From Tubiluchus corallicola (Eukaryota; Animalia; Priapulida), in assembly GCA_030141605.1 (NCBI GenBank), contig JAQGDQ010000292.1, forward strand, positions 230,263-294,262: DNA of 64,000 bases, in the 5' to 3' direction. The notes below the pieces were generated by a model. It saw nothing but the letters and a program-made list of their open reading frames with translations. It did not search any database and was not told the origin of the DNA. A program made the translations under genes and the position numbers. Within the stretch, counting starts at the first letter, position 1, and every line of letters starts with the position of its first letter. Below are positions 11,831 through 24,163 of the stretch, one piece after another.

Positions 11831-13385
11831 TAATAGCAGCAATCTTATTTTATTTTATTTTATTTTATTTTAAGGAATTTCAGGCGTCAGATGTAACCTG
11901 TGTCGCTTCTTGGGGCTCGAGCAGCCTTAGGATGTCGAGGAGCCTTAGGATCCCTTTTTAGGAATTCGAGCACTGTGTAATGCTGTTGTAATAAATTGTT
12001 TGTAATAAACTATATTTCATTCAAGTTGTTTTCAGTTTTACACGATCGCACTCACGAAAATAAAAATTATTTTCCTACAGATACTTTAGATGTTTTAAAA
12101 GTTACATGGTAATGAGGTAGTGGACGGGGATTCCACAATAATTTAATCCTATTAGGTAGTGTGATTTGTAGTGCAAAACAGGAATTTTGCATTTTTTGCG
12201 TGATCGAGTCACGTTCGACGTAAATGTCTCCCGGTCAAGTGTCTGACGCCCAAACGGCCGTGCTCAATTTTCCCGCACCCAAGACCTAGCTGACCCCAAG
12301 CCCCCCACCAGTTACGAGTGTTCACCTGTTAATATCAATTTTAGTGACTTCTGAATGCGAACATGTCAACAAAATTGATCGTGTTAGACATGTTCACAAA
12401 GCTCATGAAATTCTCTCTGTCTATGTCATAAAATTTTCATCAGCTATATCCACCGAGAAGAAAAAATAACGAACGAAAATTCAAATCGAAATTGTTGCAG
12501 TTTTAGCAGAAGTCAAAACAACTACAAGTCATTAGGTTTTCACGTCACGTTGATTAACAGAAGAGTGAAGCTATTGCAGCCTGCTAAACGCTCTGGAGCT
12601 CCTCGTGACTTATTGTTATTTACTGAGAACTTGTGATAACGTATGAGGACACGCATTAGACCGAACGCGCAGTAACGCCGGAGTAGTGGAGACACTTCCG
12701 ATTTTCTGCTCTATTTTGCAATAGGGCGCAGCCAAACAAGCAATTTATAATAGCTCACCTTTTCTAGGACAAAAGACCACGAGTAATGCAAAGGCCAACA
12801 ATACAAACACCTGCACACGCACGCCCTCACGTGGATTGATTTTTGGGATATTCCATTTTTATGTAAATAAAAGACTGCGTTGAGACTGGAGCAGAACCCG
12901 TTGACGACGACTTCATGACAGTTATACAGAGCTGGATTTCCTAATAATATTGGATGATTAAGTAATAAGGCATTTTTGGTAGTTAGTCAACCATTTGTCT
13001 GTCACAATATTGTCAGTAACTATTTCTCAAACCAGACCCTTCAGTTATGAAAAGCTAGATCATATTACACGGGTAAGAATTCCATTAACCTATAATAAGT
13101 AAGGACAATTCACGCCTATTGATTTAGTTTGGCTGAACTTGTATTGCTTCAAGTTATACCATCTAGTGATTGATCTTGCTATCTGCGACTATAACTGCAG
13201 GCCGCAGTTATGGAATTACCGCACGCATACGTACATAAATAGAAAGAAGGGTAATCAAAATTTTGATTGTAGTCCAACTATGTTTGTCTGTCTGTACAAA
13301 TTAAGTACTAGCAAAAATTTCAAACAAGCAGTTGAGCTGAGTTTTCAAGCTCCGTGTGGTACCGATCAATGACATCAATGGCGAA

Positions 13386-13694
13386 GTGCATCAGCTACCC
13401 GGAGCAAGCATAAAGATTTACGACAAGAAAGCTGAAAAGACTGTTGCATAGAGACTAGTTAAGGCGCTTGAAATCATTGGCATTGGCGACTGAGAGGGAA
13501 TATGATAAACTTTTATGAAATTCTCACGAACGCTCGTTATCATGTTCGTTAGGATTTTATAAATATTTATCATATTCCCTCTCAGTCGTCTATGCCAATG
13601 ATTTCAAGCGCCTTAACTAGACTCGTGCAACAGTCTTTTCAGATCTTTTCAGCTTTTTGTCATCAACCTTTATGCTTCCTGGTAATTGATGCAC
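13386..13694. mobile_element. Fold-back / palindromic MITE (about 310 bp hairpin)
   Basis: Arm 13386-13510 (gtgcatca...ctagttaaggcgcttgaaatcattggca...gactgagagggaatatgataaa) is the reverse complement of arm 13565-13694. Confidence 0.85.
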
Positions 13695-13714
13695 GCGCGC
13701 GTGTGTATTAAAAA

Positions 13715-13882
13715 CTGGGGATGATATATCACCAGTGTCCTATTATTCAGGGTGGTATTCAGGGTAAAAGTGGGATAAAAGTGGTCTCAGTTATGTAGTT
13801 GTAGACTGTTATTTACAGCCGGCCCAAAAGCTCTTTGGAGCTTATGTTAATTGTTCATCCTAAAAACTGACTTTAAATAAAG

Positions 13883-13978
<96 letters not shown>

Positions 13979-13996
13979 TATTATTGTTATTATTAT
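13715..13996 (+). mobile_element. Probable SINE/LINE 3' end with (ATT)n tail
   Basis: aaaagctctttggagctt stem-loop, then AATAAA, then about 110 bp of (ATT)n (13883-13996). Confidence 0.5.
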
Positions 13997-14018
13997 GCTA
14001 CTATGAAGTTACTTTATT

Positions 14019-14092
14019 GTGCCAGCAGTTTAAATAGTGAATCATGCGACCTGAAATCGCAAAATTTCTAGGTTCACGTCCTTGTTGGTACA
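14019..14092 (+). pseudogene. tRNA-like cloverleaf (tRNA pseudogene or SINE head)
   Basis: Acceptor GTGCCAG/TTGGTAC, anticodon arm TGCGA-CCTGAAA-TCGCA, T-arm CTAGG-TTCACGT-CCTTG. The D-arm and invariant bases (U8, G18G19, U33) are degenerate. Confidence 0.5.
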
Positions 14093-14914
14093 CAATTTTT
14101 CAATGCGCCTTCTATTAAATAGTCTCAGGTCAGAGTATGATATGTCTTTCTGTGGTTTGTACAGTAACATAAATACCTTTATGGGGGCCTAAAAAGCAAT
14201 GCACCAACATTAATGTCAATCAAAAGGCGAGTAATGATAACTGTACTGACGTTACACGACATGTTAATTTATTAATATTACTGAAACTAACAAATTCATT
14301 ATGTAAAAATATTTGCTACATTTACTACATTTGCTAAATTAGCAACATTTGCTAATTTTACATTACATTAGCATGATGAACAGGTTTCTTTTCGCGCAGT
14401 AAATTTTGCAAATACAATTTTTACAATGATCATGCAGCAGAAAAATATTAGTATAGAACTTTATTGTGAACGGCTTTTCATCTACAACAGAATTATTAAC
14501 AAAAAATATTTTTCAATATTTCTGTCATCGAATACACTCACAGATTTATAAAACACTAAGAATATATACGCACATAAAAATAATATAGCATCGACCTTAG
14601 GCAATAAATGTTACCAGTCAGCTCACACTGTACTACTAAATTTCGTCGAAAAGTACTGAGTACATCTAGTCTAATTTTTGGTAGTATAAGTTGCCCATGT
14701 GAAGCAAGCGTTGGTGATCCTATCAGTCATATGTCTACTGAAGCATGCCAAGCAACTCTACTACCCAATTAAAGGCCCATTAACACCCAAAATATTCAAT
14801 AATACCCAAATCAGGAAACAGATCAAAGTATGGGCTCGATGGAAGCAGTCTAGATTTGACAGTGTGAATCAGATGCATATGTTGTTAACATTGTTGCAAC
14901 GGTCAAATTATCAA

Positions 14915-16284
14915 TTACCTTCTATAACCTCTATTTGGAGCTGTCATACTTTTTGATGGGGGAGGTGGTGAATTTGCTTGAGCTTTTTCCATTTCATAAT
15001 GAATTTTGTCCAGTTCTTCTTGGGTTAGGGTAAACTCATCACGATTAGCTGATCCTCTCCTCAAATATTCTGTATTTCCTGATTTCGGAAACTGCTGAGC
15101 TGGCTGACTGGGAGACAGGGATGCACCATTATAAAGAGGTGCACCTATCAAAGATGCACGCTCACTCTTTGGAAGCCATTTCTTTGGTTGAGCCGGTATC
15201 TTCCATTCTGGTTGCGGATCTCGCTGTTGATGAGTCATCGGCGGCGAGGATTGCTGTTTTGGCAAAGCGAGAGGCACAGTGCCTCTTTTTGCAGCTTTTT
15301 GCTGCTGTGGTGCATTATTTGCATTCTCAAGAGAATTTACTTTTGGTGATTCCTGCCTTTGGAATCTTCGTGATGGGGGAATCCACTCAGGTTCGGGATC
15401 TCTTTTTTGCACGGGAACTGCATGTTCTGGTTCACCAGTATCATTATCTGTCTCTTCATATTCATTCTCTTCCTGTTCATCTATGTTCTGCAATGGAGCC
15501 TCTGGTTCTGGCTCAAGCAAAGAATCATTATTGTAAGTTGGCTTCACATCAAAACGTGCAGCATTAATTGATTCAATTTCGTTTCGTAGAGACTCCCTCC
15601 TATCCATTTCTCTCCAAAGCTCCATGGTCTTTCTCACGTCTGTAGGATTATCATCAATTTCGTTAGGGACTTCTTCACCTTTGTTTACGGGTTCAACCAT
15701 TGGTTTGTCTGATTCGAGTCGCTGTTGTGGATTATGATAAGCTGCAATTCGGGTTTGTTGAGCTTCAGTAACTGGAGGACGACTGGATTCTCTTTGAGAA
15801 GATGGAGGTGAATGTAATTTCTGTGTTTTACGCGAATATTGGCTTGTTGTGGGTTGAATATTGGAAACGTCATAGTAGTCTGGTTCAGTTTTTCTTGCTC
15901 TCTGCCTTTCCTGTTGAGCCTTTTTGATGCTTGCCATAAGTGCAGCATTTTGAGGTGTCTGTTGTTTCCATAGTGGTTGAGGCTGTCTTGCTTTTGGAGA
16001 AAGTTCTGATTCGTCAACCTACGAGAAATTCCAAAATATAAATTATTTTTCTAAGGAAATGTTATACTGTTGCTATTTATGTTCACGTTAGGAAATTTTT
16101 GAATTATTTTGTTTTTTTTTCCAGAAAATATTATTTTATTCGTTCACCTGTATGAACATCTCCTTAGCAGCCGAATTATTATCATTAGCAGTTTCTATCG
16201 CAGAATACATCTTAGTCCTCCAATCCTGCTGTTGTCTAATATACTCATCTTGGATGTCTTCGTCGGTAACCTAGGCAGAATTGT

Positions 16285-16324
<40 letters not shown>

Positions 16325-19300
16325 TAGGTTGCAACCGAATAAAATATTTGGTATCTTTCCAACGTGCACACACAACGTGCTTTCTACAATACATTAAAAT
16401 ATCATTTTCATGTGAAATAAAGAAACAGTAATATTGTTAGACGAATACTGTGCATTAGCAATGTGTAAGAAGTAGAAATTATGTAAACTGATCAGCTAAT
16501 TAAGGCTGAGTTGTTTCTTGCTCATCGTACCTGCAAACCAACACTCAGATTCTCCACTGATTGATTCTCATATGGAGTAACTGATCCCTCTGGTTCCGTG
16601 TTTACTTGACTAATTTTGCTAAAATAATAATATTGATGGTGATAATAATTAACAATGTCACTGGCCCAGCGGTAACAGCAACAGCAACAATAACAATAAT
16701 TCAAAATTATCTCTGTGACCAGAAAATCGTTAAGAGCCGTCCTATTTGCGCCATCCTATTTTTTTAAAGTTCCACTTTAGAAGAAACTAGAACATTTGAA
16801 GTTGTACATTTACCTTGTTCTGTCGACGGTAGCATAAGGTGAATAGTCTTTTAAAATAGCATCTTCAGTTACTGTATTTTGGTACATCTGATCTTCGAAT
16901 TTGCTGTTTTCGTACATCTCGTCTACAGATTCGTAGTAGTTAGCATTTGAATATCGCTGCTCCTGTTGCACCACTTCTGGCGTAGGCTCTTCAAACGACG
17001 GTTTACGTTGCTCTGACTCTTGTAAATCTAATGCAGCATTTTGGTATTCATCTGATTGGTCGCTAGTCCACTGTGTCTCCGGTGGTTCCATCCAAATTCG
17101 GAGATCTACTCCCGCTAAATGTGTCTGAACTTCAATTGATCTAGACTCAGTTGACGCAGTGGAGATACTTCTAGCCATAGGAAGTGGAACAATACCAGCA
17201 TCTGTGTAGTAGAATGCCATTCACGGTGATATGGTATAATAATACTCTAGTGCAATTATAAAGCATTCATAATTTTAATTTCAAAAGTAATGTTGGCGTA
17301 AAACCCGTATTCATTATTTTGTTTAGATGAAACTCGGCAAAAAGGGAGAAATGTGAAAAATTAAAAAAATAAACCTGTATTTGAACCAGTAACTTTTAGA
17401 TTACAAATTCAAGGTCATGATTATTAGACCACACAATTTCTTGTGATAGCTTAGCAATCAATCCACAAGTTATTTTTTGTAATTAACCTAGAGCTGGAAT
17501 AATTTGTGGATAATGAGTTAATTAATAATTATTATTATGATTTATTTATTATTAATGGTTAATAAAAGCAATTTGTTAGGATTGGATTAAGGCTTGGCTT
17601 TATTAGAAATGGTTATGTGGCTTGTGGTATTGCGGTCATGGCAGGCAGTGGACCTGCAAAATTGCAGGGCTCCACTCACTTTGATAGTCTTCAATAGGTT
17701 CTTCGTTATGTCGGCTGTGGAACTCATCTACCTCACTTTCGTCACTGACTGGAGTGCGAGCATCATGCACTTCAAGATCATCTTCTTCTTCTGTGTCAAC
17801 TGCCCTGTCTAGTTCTTCGTCGTGGTCTTCAATTTGTCGCCGGAGTGATGGACTCACTTTTTCTTCTTGTGGATGTAACCTCCAGTTGTCAGGCTCAGCT
17901 TCAGATGAAGATTGGGGCTCAACGATCTCTGCGATTTGTCTGTTAGTTGAAAAGTGAACGATCAATAAATTTTTAAAGACATTTGTCAGAAATCATCGTT
18001 GTTGCTTCCTTGTAACAACAACTAATCACAGGCTAAAGGACGTTAGTTTTTCATGAATTATTTGGGCATAAAAAAGCAAATGATTCTTATAAAAATCATC
18101 GTCATCATTATTGTTTGTACCTGTTCACGACTATAGCACTTCTTTGGCGCAATGACTGTTGGGCCTCTGACCCTGTTGGTTCTGCGTGCATATATCCACC
18201 TATAAAGAAGATATAAATTTTAAAATCGCTTTCTTGTAGAATTGAAAATGTCCAAAGAACAAAGAACTATCGCAGAATAAACTCAAATTTGCTCATGCCT
18301 AAGTGTGAAGCGCAACATAATAATATAATGAAACTTGAACACTTACTGTTTGGATCTTCATTGACTACTTCAGTTTTTATGGAGCCTGTGCAATTACAAA
18401 AAAAAATACAAAAGCACACATGCTTAACACATGTATATAAAGCGTATATTATGTACGTAAAAAGTTTCACGTGCGTTTTTGCTCATAGGTTAATTTTGGT
18501 TGTTTAAAATAAAAATTTAAATTTATTGTTAATGCCTAAACTAGTTTTCCAATTTTCTGATCCATTTTGGATGTAATTTTAATCATTGTGCTTGAGATAG
18601 TTTAGTTTTTACACTGTGCTATAAAAATTTAAAAAATTGTTTATTTACATAGTAAAGAACTAGCATAGATCTAAAATAAGTAATCTCTCACTCTTTTTCC
18701 TGGATTTGGAATTGTCCAAACTCGTCAAAAATGGACCAATTTTCGGCTTCTTAAGTCCAATTTGCTTAGGTGTTCTTCCTTCCTAAAAACAACTGCCAAT
18801 TGATGGTGATGCATATACAAATGTAAAGTTTTATTTACTATCATGTTAATATATTTGCGACATAAAATATTTGCGATGCAGTGGTAAATTTATGCTAAGT
18901 ACAGAAAAAAATACAAACTTCGCACAAATTTAAATAAATTCATAATTATGAAAAGTGATGTTAACTAGAATAATAATCTTAAGATGATTAATGTCATGGG
19001 ATTTTCTATTTATCATTCCAGTTCAGTAGCAGCTCATGCATAGGTAATGTGGTACTGCAGCACCACCTGTTTTCACTCATTATTATCGATAATATCCAAT
19101 GTAATAAATCTTTTTTCTTTAGTTCTTTTTTTATACATGTGCGGAACTTGGAGCACGTGAGGGAAGTACAATTTGCTTCATAGCCCAAGCAACGTGGGGT
19201 TTGGCTGTTGTGCGCATGCGGCCATGCGCACATGTCTAAAATAATACGCTGTAGGCTAGGGTCTGCTGCTAGGTAGAGAAAGTACTATCTCTAACACAGT

Positions 19301-22300
19301 AACACTTGCCACGTGCTTACCGTGTACCGTCATATTATTGGATGTGATAATGTGTAGACTTAGGGTGTGTGCTTAAAATATAAGTTATTTAGTAATGGAC
19401 GCCTTGCATCACCAAGAAATAAGTTCTGTCACTGTAAGTTTAATTTTTCACAGTTGTCTCTTCATGAGAAAGTTATAGTTAAGAAAATATGCCGTTCAAC
19501 ATCTGGTCTTCAAATATAACCTCAGCATTAAAAACTACATATGTTTGTTACGTTTTACACAGTATTAAAACAATGGCTGAAAATTTTCTGAAACAGCACC
19601 CCCATTAATTTTAGCTACGAGCCGTCACTGTTCGAGTTCATGTCACTGGAAGTTTTCCTGCGTTTCATCTGAAAAACAATGTAATACTGCAATCTGACCT
19701 TGTTTCTCTTGGTTAAGCTTGCACCATTTAGCACAAGAAGACGGAATGATTCAAGGTGATCCACCTGAGCTGCAATATGGGCCGCTGTGTTCTTCTGTCT
19801 ATCTGTTATGTTCACACATTTCGGAGCGTCCCTATTTTGCAGGAAATGCTCGATTACCTTGTACTGATTAGTGGCTAAAATAACAAATATTTTTAATTAT
19901 CAGTAAAATATATTTGTATTTATAATATAACCGGCACAGTATTGGGTAAAGGGTTCAATTCTCAGCATAGAAGCTTTGCAAGTAAATAGGCTGCGATTTT
20001 GAATAGTTGTGTAAGTATTCAAAAAATAAAGGCATTTTTTGTATTGTTACTATGCAAAACGTTATAAGAAGAAAGCCACCAAAAGTAACTCTGCGAAAAG
20101 TGCCGTTTACCCAGCATCAGGATACGTATGCGGATACGTCTTTCACCGCGGAACAAACTGCGGAATAGCCTGCGAATAAATCAATAGGAATAGCTGCCGA
20201 AGAAGAATAATGCGTACGCATTTATATCGAAAACAATATGAACTGATTTTATCTATTCCGCACTTCCCAAAACACATACGCATCCGGATGCTACTTAAAC
20301 GCCACTTAACTTGTATTTTTCCAACCTGAATCTTACCTGCGGCAAAATGTACGGGAGTTGCTCCCTGTTGAGTTTGTTGCAACCAGCATCCATCACCCAT
20401 CTTACTCTCCAGGTAAGCAACTGTGTTAAGGTGTCCTCCTTGTGCGGCGGTGTGCAAAGTGTTCTCTCCTTTACGGTTCTTACTTGCTATGGAAGCTAAA
20501 CCATGCTCTTCTAAATACATCAAACAGTCTAGTTTCCCATAACACGCAGCGTAGAAGAGTGGTGTCGCTCCTATAGCGATAAAAAAATCTATAATTTTTG
20601 AAGCCAATTATCTTGTAGCTACTTTCGCCTCAGTAAAACTTGGCATAATTATTAATTGCACAAGCAATTAACATTTTAGATGCTCGACACTACAGGCAAA
20701 TTATGGCAAGGTCCGTAAGGATACCCGTTATAAGTCCTCCAGACTTCAGACAGCACTTAAAAATTTGGAAGTTCTAGTGGGTAGAAATTGGCATTTTCTG
20801 CAAAGAATAGGACAGAAATTCCCATGGATAACCTCGGCAGGAACATTATTACGTTTAGACTTTACTTTAGAATCTTACCAGAATGATCTATTGCAGCAGT
20901 CAGTTCTTGTAAATTTTCAGTTAACAACTTGACGCAGTCCAATACTCCTACAAGAATACCATATAGGTTGACACATCTCAACAAATAATATCTGCTGCAT
21001 GGAAATGTTTAAGCGTTGTGGCTAATACATTCTTTGTCCTTACCAAAAGGTACGATAACTATGATAATTACTACCAAGCTGCACTATGGCATTGCAGTAG
21101 GAAAAACAATCGTGGTCAACCAGACAAGTAGCTATTGCAACAGAGCTAGAATGATTGTTTACTTTCGTACAATATTTGGTATTTAGTATAATATAGTATT
21201 TAGTATTTTGTCGACAATGGTGCCCAAACGCAACCCAATAGTGGCAAAAACACTAAGTAGTTCTTATTGTCTTCCTGTTTTGTTGTATGGTTGTGAGACA
21301 GGTGGCATTATAGATGCAAAAGTAATTGGAGTAAGTTTCTATAACTGTGCACATAGAAAAATATTTGACTTTAAACAAAACGAAAGTGCAAAACTACTTA
21401 TGTATTGTTGTGGTACTATGCCAGCAAATTTTTTTATTGTCAGTCGTAAACTGGGATTTTTAAGAGGAATCCAAAATTTCGAATTGTTATACCAGAAATA
21501 TATTTTATGAATGACTTAGATGTTAATTTAAGAAAGTAAATGTATGGCTGTACTCTTTGCTTTAATTTTATTGTGATCATTAAATCATTTTATGAATGTG
21601 TAGCTATATGTATATGAATTTCATTATCTTTTGTTTTTTTAATTACTAACAAAAATTATTTTTTATTGTAGTAATTATTTATACTAAAACTATATTGCTG
21701 TATAAAAAATTCTTGTACGAATAAATAATAATAATAATAATATCCAGTTTGGGCCAGGTCTTCGACATCTGAGACTCGATAGCAAGGCCTATTTAATGCA
21801 GGCAGTTGTGGTGGGAATGGTGATCTGGGATAATCAAGAATAGCTTATCTAAGATAAGACACTAAACCGGCATAGGGGTGTTAATTATGTTCGGATGTGT
21901 AAACATCTTCCATCAAAGTAAGAAATTGCCAGAGACAGCATAGCAGCTAAAAAATCACCTGGAAACAGATTTTCCTGGCAGGCACATGTTTACTAGGCAA
22001 GCTGGACTTCAGGTGTTAAGCTTATATTGCGACTATAATTCAAGAAGTTAGCAACCTACCAGTCCCAGCAGCAAGGTGCAAGGCGGTAGCACCATCGTTG
22101 TTCTTCTTGTCCCACATGTTTTCCGCATACGTGGCGACTATCCATTCAGTCACTTGTACATGTTTGCGTAGTACCGCTCTGTGCAGGATACCATTACCCA
22201 ACTTGTCCTGTTCATAGGCGAGGGTCCGTTCCGGTGTTTCACGTTCCCGGCGTTCCATAACATCTGCTATAGCCTGGACTGTGTCTAAGTAGCCATACGT

Positions 22301-24163
22301 GGCAGCTACGTGCATAAACGTTTCCCCATGTTCGTTCTTCGCGTATGGATTAACCCTGGGATAATTCTTCAAAATCCAACTGCAAGCCAAGTTAATCGGT
22401 TAATTAATTAGCTACTCAATTAATTTGCTAAACTGCTACTCCAAGAAATGACAAACAGACACACGCTTTGACAAAAGAAACGTTTCTAAAAGTAACAAAG
22501 AGTTAGCTTTGAGTAATCAATATTCAGCAACTAAATTTTAATTAACAATGACATTGACTCAGTGGCCCACAAGTTCCCAATTGGTCCACAAATCTACCTT
22601 TATCTGAAATATGGGGCCCCCAGCTGTGCAACTGTTGGTGGATTATATCACAAGTAAAAAGTATTCGAGACAAGTGCAAGCAAATTAGAGCGTGGCACCG
22701 TCTGAAAGGGGCCCCATAATTTCTTTAGCCCAGGAGCCCCAAAAGGTCATAACCGGTCCTACATGATACCAGCCTAGATATGCACAAGTTAATTTTACAT
22801 AGATAATGGTAGGCAGATGGCGTACTTTTTTTTATACATTTCGTCACTTTACAAAATGGAATTTAGCACTCAGTGATAGGGATACTGAATCTGCAGAACC
22901 GTCTCGGCCATGTTCGGATGATCAGAATCAGATGGCTACCCCTCATTCGCAAGTACAGCGAATGAAACTTCCAAGAGGGTGTATTAAACCAGATGGTTAC
23001 CCATTCATTCGCTAAACAGCTTCTACGTTATTTAACTTCGTCATTCGGTTAGTCCTTCACTCTAACACAAAAATTATATGCATATGTGTTACTACCACTA
23101 ACTACTACTAAGAAGCAAAACAAACTGATCAGTAAATGTTATTTGACAAAATCGTTTTTTCCAAACAGTAGGAAAATCCGCGTCACCTATACTGCGTTAG
23201 ATTTTATGTTTTGTTGTATAGAAAATACATACTGAGCAAATAGTTTGAGTAATAAATTATATCATCGTATACACTGTACATAAGCTAATACATGTACAAA
23301 TAAACCGAGGTGTGCCAATACGCTATAAGACATTCGGCAAGTTATGATAAATCACTGTAGGCCTTCATTAGTTATAAGAAGCTTAGAATACTTTTTAGTA
23401 GCGCGCATTATTAATTTTTTGAAAACGTACAATAATTTGCTTCATCATTAATAAATTTAACATTTTTCGGTCAAGAAATATGCTGTTGATCTAACCTGTC
23501 TTCACCTGAGCATCACCTTATAATTTTCCTCTTTTCTTGGCAACGATGGCGCCAAGGGCTTAGCACAACATATCTATTCAGTATTTACAGGTTTGTGATG
23601 CTATGAACTAAAATTATTGTCGATTAATAGAGTGTGCCGATAAAGCGGATTTAATGTTTGGTCATTTATTGAATAAACTGTAAAACAGTTTTGTGATCTG
23701 ACGTATTACATGCTGAGTTTGTACAGTTTCTTTTTTCTTTCATAATCTCCCATTTTCGCCATCGGAATTATGATTTTATAAGTCACAAGACAGAATTATC
23801 TATGTATGTCTATGTACATAATTATGGCGTTAGAAAAAACATTACTAATTTTATTTTCATTGCGTTTTCGATCTTTATTAATACGGTTATTTATGTTGGA
23901 TTGTAATCATATTTCAATGATAATGTTGGTAACTTTACATATTTTACAGATTTTTAAAATTATATAGCTTACGTGGCAACTTCAGTTCTGCCTTTTCTCG
24001 CCGCTGCATGTAGAGGCGTATTGCCAGGCTTATTATAAATGGGAAACTTGTCAGTCGAATCTTTTTCCTCTTCTACCAGTGCTTGAAACTCTTCGAGATC
24101 GCCTGTAAACGCAGCCTTGTGGAGGGGAAAGGGAGCCGCCTCCTCCTGGTCAACCAGCGTCAT
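14915..24163 (-). CDS. Ankyrin-repeat protein (about 1040 aa; N-terminal ankyrin repeats, long acidic/Pro/Gln-rich tail), possibly espin/forked-like
   Basis: Phase-consistent exons: 24163-23973, 22379-22060, 20947-20879, 20570-20337, 19874-19699, 18782-18692, 18199-18121, 17939-17680, 17201-16814, 16618-16531, 16270-16148, 16018-14915 (3123 nt). All introns GT-AG. Ankyrin motifs include GNTPLHAAARKG, GATALHLAAGTG, GATPLFYAACYG, GENTLHTAAQGG and GATPVHFAA. Confidence 0.85.
16288..16320. repeat. (TA)n microsatellite
   Basis: Directly visible. Confidence 0.95.
17371..17435 (-). mobile_element. Degenerate tRNA-derived SINE head
   Basis: Reverse complement gtgtggtctaataat...ctggttcaaatacagg shows A-box-like and B-box-like (GGTTCAAAT) motifs at tRNA spacing. 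Confidence 0.35.
19024..19630 (-). mobile_element. Non-autonomous hAT-type element (copy 2, complete, 607 bp) in an ankyrin-gene intron
   Basis: TIRs cagtagcagctc / gagccgtcactg; 8-bp TSD ttccagtt (19016-19023) / ttcgagtt (19631-19638). Homologous to 5731-6272 in inverted orientation. Confidence 0.85.
21230..21741 (+). mobile_element. 5'-truncated non-LTR retrotransposon 3' fragment with (AAT)n tail
   Basis: SYCLPVLLYGCET...YNCAHRKIFDFKQNESAKLLMYCCGTMP matches the post-RT region of L2/CR1/RTEX-like LINEs; ends aataaataataataataataat. Confidence 0.75.
22560..22760. mobile_element. hAT-MITE end remnant
   Basis: GGGGCCCC motifs and ggggccccataatttctttagcccaggagcccc...accggtcct, typical of hAT subterminal regions. 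Confidence 0.35.

Noticed and set aside
15121-15567. Plus-strand ORFs overlapping the large ankyrin-gene exon (also 8231-8443 over COPS7)
   Set aside because: Antisense shadows of real coding sequence.
16810-17220. ORFs 16810-17220, 17636-17965 and 14915-15937 as separate genes
   Set aside because: They splice in phase with the ankyrin exons into one reading frame.
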